A stretch of 64,000 bases of DNA. Source: Eledone cirrhosa (lineage: Eukaryota). Every line of letters starts with the position of its first letter. Positions within the stretch are counted from its first letter, which is position 1. Position numbers and translations under genes: made by a program. The stretch covers positions 49,786,001 to 49,850,000 of the forward strand of contig OZ024749.1 in the NCBI GenBank assembly GCA_964016885.1. The letters are read 5' to 3'. The notes under the pieces are model-generated. The model was not told where the DNA came from. It did no database searches and saw only the letters and a program-made list of their open reading frames with translations. Positions 13,743 to 27,275 of the stretch are shown one piece after another.

Positions 13743-14481
13743 ATTAAGGATACTATTTATGGTTATGTATATATTAAAACTTTTTATAGTTATGTATATT
13801 TTAAACCCTAAACAGTGGAGGTCAGTAATTTATTACTACCTTATTTCCAGTAAGATAAATAGCTCAATGTAATAACATCAGTTGTCTACAGAGCACTTAT
13901 ATAGAATTCACAAGATTCAAAGCTATGTTCAAAGCATTTATTCACTTAAATTGTTTCATCCAAATCTAGGCTTGGAGTCCTCGGAGCATTTTTCAATGTT
14001 TGTACATATAATTGACCTCCTTTCCAACGCAGGAGACATACAGATACATATATATATATTGATGTCCGTTGGAGTGACATATGTTATACTATACTATTTT
14101 TGTACAGCAATTCAAATTCAAAATGAAAATCAAAATAATAAACAAAATCAAAATTACAATACATTCGGCAGATAACACAGATAATGCAAGGGGATAGTTT
14201 GGTAGTCAGATCTAGTAGGTAGTGTATGCGTTAGTTACATATGGAGCATGCAAGTGTGTCTCATTTTTATACGATTATTGTGCGGCAGGGTGTTACATGT
14301 ATTGCAAGCATTTTAAGCGGGTTATGGCGGCTGTAGTGGTAAGGTATTTTTTGTATAGAACAAAAAAGTATGTGTGCAGAAAAATAAAAATAAAGCCTAG
14401 GTTTGGATGAAACAATTGTAAGTGAATAAATTCTTTGAACATAGCTTTGATTCTTGTGAATTCTCTCTCTCTATCTCTATA

Positions 14482-14639
<158 letters not shown>

Positions 14640-14673
14640 ATTCCGAGTTGGATCGGGGGTAACCACAATAGCC

Positions 14674-14715
14674 GGGTTCCTGATGATTTGTCACGAATGA
14701 AACAGTTATAGACCT
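14674..14715 (+). ncRNA. Degenerate minimal hammerhead, family F
   Basis: gggttc CUGAUGA tttgtcacgaat GAAA cagtta UA gacct. Core spacing is correct but all helices are imperfect. Confidence 0.45.
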
Positions 14716-16422
14716 GTAGAAGATCTTCTATATTAAAACATATATATATATATATACCAATACAACCATTTTATTAAAATAATCGCTCAAATATCTACAA
14801 AAAGATGTTAAACAAGAAATGTGACATTTACATGTCACATACAGTTGGGTTTAAATAGAGAACAGGCGTGGGAATGGATGTAGATAAAATGTGATTTCAG
14901 CTATCTCATGATTTTGTAATGTCTCAATTTACATTTCTTTGTCGCGGGTTAAGATGAAATTTTAGCATAAGCTAAACATGTGACATGTCTATTTTTTTTT
15001 AAAAAATATATTCCTTATATTTGACAATGTGCGGAATGAGTAGTACATATATTGCAGTGGGTACCATGCAATATATAGGCAAATGGAGCTAACTTACTTA
15101 AAGTAACGTTAGTATATATGGCATCAGCTTAAATATGGAAATGAAACAAAATGTAACTAGTTTAAATGATAAATATGTAGCGTTGAATAGCAATAATTGA
15201 TAAGAATGGAAAAGGATACCTGAATCGAAATTTTGTAAAACTAATTGAATGGATATGTGCAGAGAGTTCTAGACTCGATATGCGTGAAGTACAGCAACGT
15301 TTGCCAACGTATGTCAGCCGTATTATAAACTGATAGTAACATATTTTTTTAGCATTTCTCAATTGATTTGAAAAGAGATCAAGCAAAACACAGAATTTAA
15401 AGGAACATCACAAAATTCCATATAATTAACTAAATTGAAATAAAGCATGTTAAAATGTCTAGTGGTATCTCGTGTATACAAAAAATATATTAACTTATGT
15501 TGATGCTAGACTTTTGAAAATCAGTTGATTCTTCGTATCACTCATTAGTAACCAAAAAGATGCAAAATGTTAAGTACTTCACATATTTGCATGTTTTCCC
15601 ATTTATATCGTATTTTACCTGATTTTGTCAAACATAATATGAAAAGGGAAGGTTTATCAATAGTGAATTTATGTTGTTTTTCAGTTACTGTGTGTATTTT
15701 GCATTCTCTATTGCACAGAATAAATCAGCTATTTCAATCTACGTTTTTCAGCTTCATTTCATTTTACACATTGACATGATTTATACACAAACTCACATTC
15801 ATCTTATATAAACACTTTATACAATTTCAAATATTGTCGCTCAATAGTTTCTGTTTTCGCTAGATATCACACCATAAATTCTCCTGCTACCAGACATCCA
15901 TTATTTGCAGTACATGCAGGTTGTCGTATCACTCCCAACAGCTGTTATACTTTATTTCTTAGGCAATATCCTACACTGATTTCACAATTCAAAACACCAA
16001 ATCCCAAATGTATAATATATTTGTGTCCTCGTTATGATATAGAATCCAGTTTGTGAATGCAATCCTTCATATAGAATTATGGCAGTACATTATAATTTCT
16101 CACACTATATCACAATAAGAGCGTCAGATAAACTGTTGGGCCGAATTTGACACAACACTTTACATTGAAAATTACATGAAATCGATGAAAAATTTGAATA
16201 TTATCCTTCTGAAGTCTATAAAATAAGCCCCGGGAGTTCGAATCCAACGCACGATGCTGTTCACTGTTTACGTTTCATTGAAATCTATATGAAAAAACTT
16301 ATTCAAATATATTTCAATAGTTAAAATATCGCCTGGTCGCCTTTAAATCTAATTTAAAATAATATTGTTCAGTCTATGGTGTGTTCATACTCAGTCACTA
16401 GGTGTAACTTAATCTCTCAATA

Positions 16423-16571
<149 letters not shown>

Positions 16572-16587
16572 CTCTTTCTCTCTTATG

Positions 16588-16621
<34 letters not shown>

Positions 16622-16673
16622 TACGTCTGTGTGTGTGAGAGAGAGACATAGAGATAGGAGGAGCAAGACGGAT

Positions 16674-17158
<485 letters not shown>

Positions 17159-18115
17159 AGAGTCAAACATACTATGATTTTCAATGGATATATAGTGTTC
17201 TTTCAAATTTGTTAAGATGATTGTTAAATACTAATAGAAAAAATGTTTCCAACGAGACAATATCAATTCGTTAATGTCTGTTGCTAAGCTGTTAATATCA
17301 CTGCTAAATATCCCCTCGATAATTCCGTTATTTGTTCTTCAAACTTCATTAGACGCTCACCCAACTTTCATTAATTATAATGTATCTTATTCTATTATCT
17401 TATTTTGCAAACTCACCATTCACTTTAACCAACACGCTTTTATCTTCAACGCCATTAGCAAAGCCGATACCACCGTCATCATTGCTGTTATCAAATAACT
17501 TATTTTCACAAAGCACGCGTGTATCCGACCATGGAATATCATTGTTGCGTGTGGAATCAAATCCTGGCTCTCTGATATAATGTTCGATTTATCGTTATAT
17601 AAATATGACTATGGTCATGATTTACATTTTCTTCTCTCATCTATTGCCAAAACACATAATCATTTCAAACTTTTTAGGGATACTCTATAACAAATATCAA
17701 TATTACATAATATTCACAAGCGAAGGTATACTCATGGAAATTTTCGTATATTCACTGAATACTTTACTGTTAGAAAGGTGCATTTATTTCCGGTAGTTTA
17801 CGTAGGGTTGTACATTCTATTTCTTGTTTCTAGTAAAGTTTATATTCATGACAAACTATCATTGCTGCATAGAATTACAATAAGTTTCAATATATTATAT
17901 ACATCGCATATAATCATTCCGAGTTTATATAGATCATATATATAACACAATCTATATAATAGTTGTAATATGGAAGCTGAAATCTCATAAAAAACTTTAT
18001 ATTGCAAGAATATTTATAGATTTCGTTCAACGGAAATTTTTATATGATTTTAAATGTGATTATATCTATCCATTTTCCGAAATACATTAGAAAATATGTA
18101 TGTATGTCTCTCCCC

Positions 18116-18187
<72 letters not shown>

Positions 18188-18227
18188 AATAAATGTATAT
18201 ATATATATACATATATATGTATGTATG

Positions 18228-18292
<65 letters not shown>

Positions 18293-18715
18293 ATGAGAAG
18301 AAGAAGAATACTGCATGGTTGCACATGGGTTACATATGATCAAAATAGTCCTTCGTCAGTGATTTTACAACCATCATTGGTATTTCATCGCATTAAAAAT
18401 CATACACCTCAGGTTAGTGCGAGCAATAACTAAAAAAAGTTAGTAAATCGCGTAAAGCGAGAGGGACAAGTAAAGAACATAGAAGGATAATAGCAAACCG
18501 AAGATATATATATATTATATATATATTATATATATATATAATATATATCTCTCTTCCCCTCTCTCTGTATATATACATATATATATGTGTGTGGGGGGGG
18601 GGGATGTATGGGTGTGTGTGTGTACATATGGATAAATATACCGACCGACCGGATTATAATACTAAATTGTATTATCATGCTATATTTACATTGCTATATT
18701 GTATTATATTATATT

Positions 18716-18820
18716 ATAGAGGTTAACTTTGCCTGTCATCCTTACGAGTTCGATAGAATAAAGTACCAGTAATGTACTGAATAATTGTTGGCCTTGTACC
18801 AACAGTAGAAACAATTATAT
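18716..18820 (+). mobile_element. 5'-truncated Deu/Nin SINE
   Basis: gaggttaactttgcctgtcatcc...gtagaaacaattat. Confidence 0.8.
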
Positions 18821-21062
18821 TATATTATATTATGTTATAATATATTACGTCGCATTATTTTCCCAATAATAATCACGTATTCATTGACGAATAAGAATAA
18901 TTTTAGAGTGGTTTATTATTACTAATTCAGATGTATATAAAGATTTACAGTTTTTACTTTATGCCATATACCTTACACTTATTAATATGTAAGACACATT
19001 CATTTATTATTCCTCATTACTTATGATTATTAACACCTAAATAATTTTGTCGAATAACATAACAAAACCAAATTAATAGGAATGTTGTTAATCAATTGTT
19101 GTTTAAAAACATGCAGAGACATGCTTCATGAATGCTTTCCTTTTGTGTCTGTTTTTTTCTATAATTAACTTGCACATGATAACATTAAATGCAATTCTCG
19201 AAAATTATACTGCCATTATAGAGTTTAATTATGGGTAATTTATTGAACAGGCTAATAAATTGAAATGTACGTACAAGAAATAATAAAATATAGCATGCTT
19301 AAAATATTTAATTAATTTGAATTAATTTCAGTTTGTTTTGAATTTTAATAGTATTGTATTCTCGTATTTCAGATGTATAAATCAATAATAGAATATTATT
19401 ATATTCTCTTATTTAGCTTCTTTAATAATAGAATTTCAAATGTTCGTTTGTCTAAGCATATATAGCATATTAAGCGTATGTAAAATACATTAGCGTACGA
19501 GCAAATTACGTAAATCTTCAGTCCATTTTCAAATCTACGAATACATATGCATTCTTATTTTTATCCAGAAATGTTTTATTATATTTGTCAATTGCAAACC
19601 AATTTATAACTAAGGCACTATTATGATACAATCTTAATAAATATGTAGGATAACAAATTTATACTATAAATAATATATAATTATACTCATATACACTAGA
19701 TACGGCATGTGATATATAGCAGGATATGCAATTTCCCATGGCTTATCATATAGTTTATCCACAAAAATGAAAACTTCACTCGGAATGAAATAAGACATAC
19801 CTAATGGATTAATCCAGCGTAAGCTCAGTGCATTGTAAATGATCGAGTAAATATTTGGCCATAATATAATTTAGAACTTTTCGACCATAAATATATATAT
19901 ATACCTTGGATTTTGTACGTTTGGTATGACGATATTCAGAAATATAAATATAGGATCTCCACTATTGTTAACATTCTGTACACGGAATGGTATGATTTCA
20001 ATTCCATTAAACACTAAATAAGTTAATGTTTACGAAATCTGAAAACGAAATATAATAATTTCGATTCAGTGAGGAAAAAACAATTGCAGCAGGATTTAAT
20101 TAATTATCAGATAAAAGATTTAAATTCATGAATAACATATATGATTTGTCTAATCAATTATGTATCTTTAATATCAGTCACCACCATCTTCAAACCGGGA
20201 AGTCGGGAAAAAACGAATAATAGGTCATTAATAGGAGCGGTGAAAAACTATTACGCGCAAAGACAGAACCACGTTTATGGTATAAAAGAGGTCGTAGACT
20301 ATGTAAATATACCGAAATCTATTATTTAGTTTCCCATCGGATTTTATGACATTAATATATGAATAGTGTACATTCCTTTGTCTATAGTTTTGCTTATGTG
20401 TTTGTTTTCGACATAGCCTTATCTTTCCGACCTCTTCAAATATTAAATATAATATCTTCTGACAGAATATATACAGGCACCACGGGGAATTTGAACGCTG
20501 TAACTTTCGCAGACATATGTTGACATTCTTTTGCCGATATATATCATAAATATAATATATTATAAATATAAAGTCCGAAAATGGTTACACTACCTTTCAA
20601 TATAAATGTGTGAATTATCAATTCACTTTTATATTTAAGCCCATGAGCTTCAGTTTATATGAATTACTATTCCCTGATTTTTTGATGTTGTATTGAAGCA
20701 ATCGTACGCCTTAAGACGTGTTTTTGAAATTTCATCTGAATTAGCTGCCTTAAGGTATTGATATGGAATTGTAAAATAAAATCAATATAACAAATGAGTT
20801 CTTAAGTAAGTCTGGCAAACTATTTAATATATATTTAAATGTTGTATGTTTAAAGAGATACGGTATGTTTATAAACCAACATTTAGAAAGCCGTAGATAT
20901 GCAAAAACAGTGGTTGCTAACGCCACCATTGGGTGGCATTAGCTGTCAGTGTTTTTGCCTAGCTACAGGTTTCAAAATGTGTTATTATATACATACCATA
21001 TTTGTTTAGAAATACGGAAATCAAATACATATTTCTATACAGCTATGTTCGAAGCTAAATTA

Positions 21063-21120
<58 letters not shown>

Positions 21121-21162
21121 TGTGTGTATGTGTGTGTGTGTGTGTAAGTACCTATATACACA

Positions 21163-21201
<39 letters not shown>

Positions 21202-22015
21202 TATATACCTCTATACACACTATATATATATATATTTGATGCAAAATACAACCGAGATAGTGAATAGTATGTATAATATATCAAGAAATAATTTGCTAAA
21301 CAATATTCTAGCAGGAAATGAAGAAAAAATACAGACTTGTTTAAAATTCTATATTGCTGTTAGTCATTTTCGTGTGATTCATTTATTTACTGTCTCTTTT
21401 GTAAAGCATTTGCGTGGGAATGTATTTCAACTGAAATATCATTATTTGTAACATTGTTTATTAGCGTATTTCACTTGAAACGTTTTTCAGGTGTGCTACA
21501 ATTTTACTTTTGATCTGTATTATATATTCATTATAATACCTTAATGAATACATTTTTATACACCTCCCCTTATCATTCTAAATGTGCACTTTAATTATGT
21601 TTCTATTTTGTTTGTCGGCTAGTTTCCTTATATACCTATTGTAATATTATTGTATTGTGGAGATTTTATACTCTTTTACAATTTTCTTATTCGTGTCATT
21701 ACATATAAGCTTATATGTTAATGTTTTTATTTCAATACAGATAACATTAATTTGTGTTTTTGTTTTATGTGATTCTTGGTACAACATATTTTAAGTTGCC
21801 TTCATTTTTAATGTTTCAACATCCATTGTAATTGTTTGAAAGTTAACGCTAATAAAGGTGAACCCTTATAGCTGTTTTCATCTAAATTACATTATATTGT
21901 ATATTAGGAAAGGGAAAAATAAAGGAATATACACATACATACATTCAAAACACTTACACACACACATACATTCCCACAGAGACACACCCAGACACGCCCC
22001 CCCCCATAAAATAAA

Positions 22016-22049
<34 letters not shown>

Positions 22050-22193
22050 TACTTTGGGAGGGTCATGTTGCGAATAAGAAACACACGCACCAGTTGCTCT
22101 CACTTCAATTTATTATAATAATTTAGAAATTTATAAATTTATAAATTTCCGGTTGGTTGGTTGGTTCCACAACCAGATGGTTGTTTATATATT

Positions 22194-22236
22194 GTCACAG
22201 TTATTTCGTCACACATTATGTGACCTCTTCAGTGAC
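22194..22236 (-). ncRNA. Hammerhead-like motif, family G (helix III decayed)
   Basis: gtca CUGAAGA g-gtcaca-taatg-tgtgac GAAA uaacug tgac. Confidence 0.6.
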
Positions 22237-22842
22237 TGGGGATTATTTGCCTTGTTTTGTGTGCCTCTCCTTTGTTCTGTCCTACGCCATCTTGTTTTTG
22301 TGAGTGTGTTGTGTGCCTAGTTTGCGCATGTGTTACATCCGGGTGTATGTATGTATTTATATTCGTTTATTTATTTGTTTATTTACATGTTACTGGTTGG
22401 TTATTTGTTCTATGTGCGTGTGTGTTTTCATTTTGTCCTTAATTGTAAGTTGTGATGTTGCTGTTCCACTCATGTTTTCTATTTAATTTTCGTTGTAATT
22501 CATTTATGTTTATTGCCTCTGTGATATGTCTAAACATTGCATCTTTTTAGACAAATCACAGAGGCAATAAACATAAATGAATTACAACCAAAATTAAATA
22601 GAAAACATGAGTGGAACAGCAACATCACAACTTACAATTAAGGACAAAATGAAAAGACACACGCATATAGAATAAACAACCAACCAGTAACACGTAAATA
22701 AACAAATAAATAAACGAATATAAACACACACAGACACCCGGATGTAACACATGCGCAAACTAAGTACACAAAACACACACACAAACAAGATGGCGTAGGA
22801 CAGAACAAAGGAGAGGCAGAAATAACAAAGAAACGAATCCCC

Positions 22843-22887
22843 TGTCACTGAAGAGGTCACAACATGTGTGACGAAATAATTTTGACA
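22843..22887 (+). ncRNA. Hammerhead-like motif, family G (helix III decayed)
   Basis: tgtca CUGAAGA g-gtcaca-acatg-tgtgac GAAA uaauuu tgaca. Confidence 0.6.
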
Positions 22888-23277
22888 ATATATAAACAAC
22901 CATCTGGTTGTGGACCCAACCAACCAACCGGAAATTTATAAATTCCTAAATTTATAAGTTTATTATAATAAATTGAACTGAAAGCAACTGGTGCGTGTGT
23001 TTCTTATTGGCAATATGACCCTCCCAAAGTATAACAATATCGGTTTCAACACACGTTTTCAGATAAAGAATCTTGCTAAACAAATTCAGACCAAAAATAT
23101 ATATATATATAGATATATATATTCAGAGAGAGGATGTGATTGGATATTAAACCAGCATAAGTGGAAACATATGAGTACTAAGTGAAATGGGCTTCCAGAT
23201 TATTATTCTATTATTATTCGAATGTACTTTGATCTATTCAGTATTTTAAATTTTTTCTCCGTAATTCTTATAGCATA

Positions 23278-23459
23278 AATTGTATCTACTTTAGGCAAAA
23301 GGCCAGCAATTACACGGTTCACTACTGGTACTTTATTTTATCGACCCCGTAAGGATGAAAGGCGAAGTCAACCTCGGCGGGATTTGAGCTCAGATCGTAA
23401 AGGGACGTAACTATGCTGGAAAGCATGGCGTCCGACCCTCTACCGATACTGTCAATCCA
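23278..23459 (-). mobile_element. Deu/Nin-domain SINE
   Basis: Reverse complement of the 7810 and 32098 family (ctggtactttattttatcgaccccgtaaggatgaaaggc). Confidence 0.88.
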
Positions 23460-25038
23460 GTACTTCAATAGTGTGTTTTATCTAATAAGAATTACAATAA
23501 TTTCGATTTTCTTCTAAATATAACTATGTAAACAGAATGAAAAAAATATATCATCGATGTTTTCAAGAATTATAGATATTTCATGGGAGTGTACTCCTTT
23601 AAAAGATTTATCTATGACCAGCATGTAATGAATGGGGATTAGTAGTGTCTAAAATCAAGCTGACATATGTATAAAGTCTATGTAAGTTACGTCAACATTT
23701 CAGCACAATTTTATGAGAAATCTCAAAACGTTTTGATAAATTTGATTTACTGCTGAGCTAATTATTCTAGAAAATTAGAAGTAACGTAATTATTGATGGA
23801 ATATATAAGTGCAAATATATAAATGCAAAATTGACTTTACAGTCTCACTAATGATCTTTTGATTTTAACTTTGATCAGCAATATAGGGATGTATTTTCTA
23901 ATAGAAGGGCAGACATTGTCCAGTCATTGTCATATATTTTTGATGAACGCAAATATTTTATATTTCCCGATTTAGAGCGCAGATTACACAAATTCTGTTC
24001 GCTGTGAGGAATGGTGTGTAGTGAAAGGTAATAAATATACGTTGAATAAAAGTTCTAAATACATAACGCCGGTAATATTGTTGTAACATAATGGCTACAT
24101 AGTGTGGGAAACGCTCGCGCAACAAATACACACATTTATAGAATGATGGACGTGCATGTATTGACAACCACTGCAGTTACTTTATTTTCCTATTGTTTTC
24201 ATTTCACTTTCATTTCATTTTTAACATGCCAACATTTTTCTTCTACTATGACTTCAGTCAATAAATCTTGATATACATATATCTTATTAATCATATTATT
24301 CTATTTGGCTGTCCATTCATCTTCATTCGCCCGTATTGATTCATGTATTTATATCTATCTAGATACCACATATTACTAAACACTAGCACACAGATAACGT
24401 AGGAGCGGTAACACGCAAGTAATCTCACTCCCACTAATTTTTTTCTCATTCACTCCTGTATACTTCACTCGGATGTAAATCCAATCAGACGCGAATATTC
24501 CATTAGAATATTTGAATACTATATGTATTTAGAATATACATTGTTTCCATGATTGAGACAGGTTAGGTCAGAGGTTTTAAATGAAACCTCAAACGAGCTA
24601 CAAAAACATTCATCAATCAAACTTTTTCTGAAGTGTTTTCATATCGGCACTGTCCATGCTGGATTGGGTGGAAGTGATGGAAAAGATTTCGTGTTAATTC
24701 TCTGTAGAATACAAAGATTGATTTCAAAGAAAAATTTGAATAATATAGAGATGAAAAATTGGCAATCAATTTAAGATTGATTTCTATTTAATTTGAATTT
24801 TCCCAAGAAATATTTTCAAGACGTAAAATGATAGGCTATTGAGATTATGTCTATGACCTTCTAGATGCTTCGTATCTAGATATTCCTCCTAAACAAATTA
24901 TAAGATTTGATGAGTAATAAAAATACCGAATCAAATTGAAAGCAAATACAGAATAAAAAGTAAAATAATGTATTAAAATAGATAGGAAAATTAATAATAA
25001 GTGAATTAGAGGGGATGTGAATAATGTATATATACATG

Positions 25039-25104
<66 letters not shown>

Positions 25105-25106
<2 letters not shown>

Positions 25107-25163
25107 TATGGTGCCCCAGCATAGCCTCACCCGGATGGCTGTAACAGGTAAAAGATTAAAAGA
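25105..25163 (+). repeat. Probable isolated SINE 3' tail
   Basis: ggtgccccagcatagcc...aacaggtaaaagattaaaaga resembles an octopod SINE tail as recalled from memory. Not verified. Confidence 0.4.
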
Positions 25164-25173
25164 GTATATATAC

Positions 25174-25257
<84 letters not shown>

Positions 25258-25260
<3 letters not shown>

Positions 25261-25447
25261 AACCAGTAAGACCCCGACAGCTGAGCTCAAGCCGTTTCGA
25301 CGGCTAATTCAGTCCAGAATTAGCCGTCGAAACGGCTTGAGCTCAGCTGTCGGGGTCTTACTGGTTCCTATTACCCACTCTACTACCTCAAGTATTGAGT
25401 ACTTTGGTGCGTTATGGTCCACCTGGTTCCTTACCACATTTCCTTCG

Positions 25448-25450
<3 letters not shown>
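25258..25450. mobile_element. Family D fold-back copy (short arm on the left)
   Basis: Near-perfect arms with a 6-nt hinge at about 25311-25316. Tail ends ttccttcgtta|(TA)n. Confidence 0.9.
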
Positions 25451-25491
<41 letters not shown>

Positions 25492-25917
25492 TATTAGCTA
25501 TCTTAATACTAGTGATGCTAGCGCAACAATTATAATTGCCATAATATGTAATGACCAAATTATTTTAATCAGTGAACACTCTTATATAATGGTGGGAGTG
25601 TTGGATTATTATCTTTAGCATTCAGTTGTGATATGTTATGGGGCATATTAAGAAAAACCTTATACTACTGAGAAGATAACTTCGCAATCATGAACTATAA
25701 AATAGCTTTCACACGACGCTTCCATACGAGAACTCGTGACTGCTAAAACAGGTAATCATCTGGCAAGGAGTTTAAAATAATACTCCGCACAGCTCACTAA
25801 TGGTGTATTCACCAATGACTCGCCCCCCCACACACACACACACATACACACCCACACACACCCACGCACACATGCATACATAAATACACTATTTTAATAC
25901 ATTATTTTAATAATATA

Positions 25918-26108
25918 GGGTGGTGGGTTGGCAGTATCGGTAGAGGGTCGGACGCCATGCTTTCCAGCATCGTTACGTCCCTTTACCATGTGAGTTCAAA
26001 TCCCGCCGAGGTTTACTTTGCCGTTCATCCTTACGGGGTCGATAAAGTAAAGTACCAGTAAAGAACTGGGTAATTGCTGGCCTTGTGCCTAAAGTAGAAA
26101 CAATTATT
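25918..26108 (+). mobile_element. Full-length Deu/Nin-domain SINE
   Basis: ggtggtgggttggcagtatcgg...gagttcaaatccc...gtagaaacaattatt. Probable TSD attattttaataa at 25901 and 26103. Confidence 0.9.
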
Positions 26109-26115
26109 TTAATAA

Positions 26116-26148
<33 letters not shown>

Positions 26149-26270
26149 ATATATCAAAATAACAGATTACAGTTTAAGCATATAATCGCTGCTTTCACTC
26201 TTAACGGGATCTTCTGAAATTTAACCTTATCGAGCCCTCATTGGATTTTAGTCTTCAAATTTATTATTAT

Positions 26271-26310
<40 letters not shown>

Positions 26311-26311
<1 letters not shown>

Positions 26312-26930
26312 CGGCTGTTACTTAAATATAAAGTATGTACATACATATATGTATACAGACGTACAGTTGTATGTATATATATATACATACATGCACACAT
26401 ATATATATGTACGTATAGATTCACCGAACATTTATTATAATGCTCGATGCGTATGTAAACAAACATCCCGTATTAAGCCGTAGTGTCTATCAACCATCGT
26501 TGCTCGTTTACTCAACACTGACAAAGGAACGCTGTACTAGTGTCAAGCTTATTAGCTATCGTCAGCAACGTATACCTTCCTTCCATATTGTTGAACGAAT
26601 ATACTTACCTTATGCATATTACGGCTGAGTAGCCAAATTTGCATATCGAGTGAGTTCAGTCGGCCGGGTGCACCGAAAACGATAAACGGAAAAAATGAAA
26701 CGAAATTTAATTTCCCAATCTTAGTACGGCTGTTACTTAAATATAAGTATGTACACGTACATACATATATGTATACAGACGTACAGTAGTATGTATATAT
26801 ATATATACATACATGCACACATATATATATGTACGTATGGATTCACCGAACATTTATTATATATGCTCGATGTGTATGTAAACAAACATCCTGTATTAAG
26901 CTGTTATGTCTAGCAACCATCGTTGCTCGT
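26311..26930 (-). mobile_element. Family E head-to-tail ~1.5-mer (415-bp period)
   Basis: acggctgttacttaaatata begins at 26311 and again at 26726, and about 200 bp is duplicated. HHR at 26529-26571. Confidence 0.82.
26529..26571 (-). ncRNA. Hammerhead, family E (GAAA mutated to GACA)
   Basis: acgttg CUGACGA tagct-aata-agctt GACA cuag UA^ cagcgt. Helix I shows a G.U to U.G swap relative to the 10884 copy. Confidence 0.72.
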
Positions 26931-26944
26931 ATATATATGTGTGC

Positions 26945-27182
26945 ATGTCATCCTGCGGTTCTGTAACCAGGCGCTGGAGAAAGGAGTTGCCTCGAATCAG
27001 TGTAGGACCAGTAACGTCGTCCCAGTGCCAAAGAAGGGAGATTTCTCTAACACCACCAACCACCAGTCACATCCTGAGGATGAGGAGGATATTAGAGGGA
27101 GCTAGAGAAAAGTGTCTTCGTGCGGTCATGGTTTTCATTCACTTTAGGAAGGACTTTAATTCTGTGGACCGACCGTCACTGC

Positions 27183-27185
<3 letters not shown>
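26945..27185 (+). pseudogene. RTE-type LINE reverse transcriptase remnant with an internal deletion
   Basis: ILRFCNQALEKG...NVVPVPKKGDFSNTTN, then in another frame HILRMRRILEGAREK..VMVFIHFRKDFNSVDR. These match the IxPIPKKGD and FIDFxKAFDSV motifs. Confidence 0.85.

Positions 27186-27275
<90 letters not shown>

Larger units (their letters stand above)
22046..23040. mobile_element. ~1-kb palindrome made of two inverted family G copies
   Basis: Arms of about 490 bp around a ~11-nt hinge at about 22534-22544. The arms show scattered substitutions. A third, single copy is at 58260-58750. Confidence 0.92.

Noticed and set aside
18290-18375. Minus-strand CTGACGA followed by a weak helix
   Set aside because: No GAAA or helix III follows, so it is at most a truncated hammerhead.
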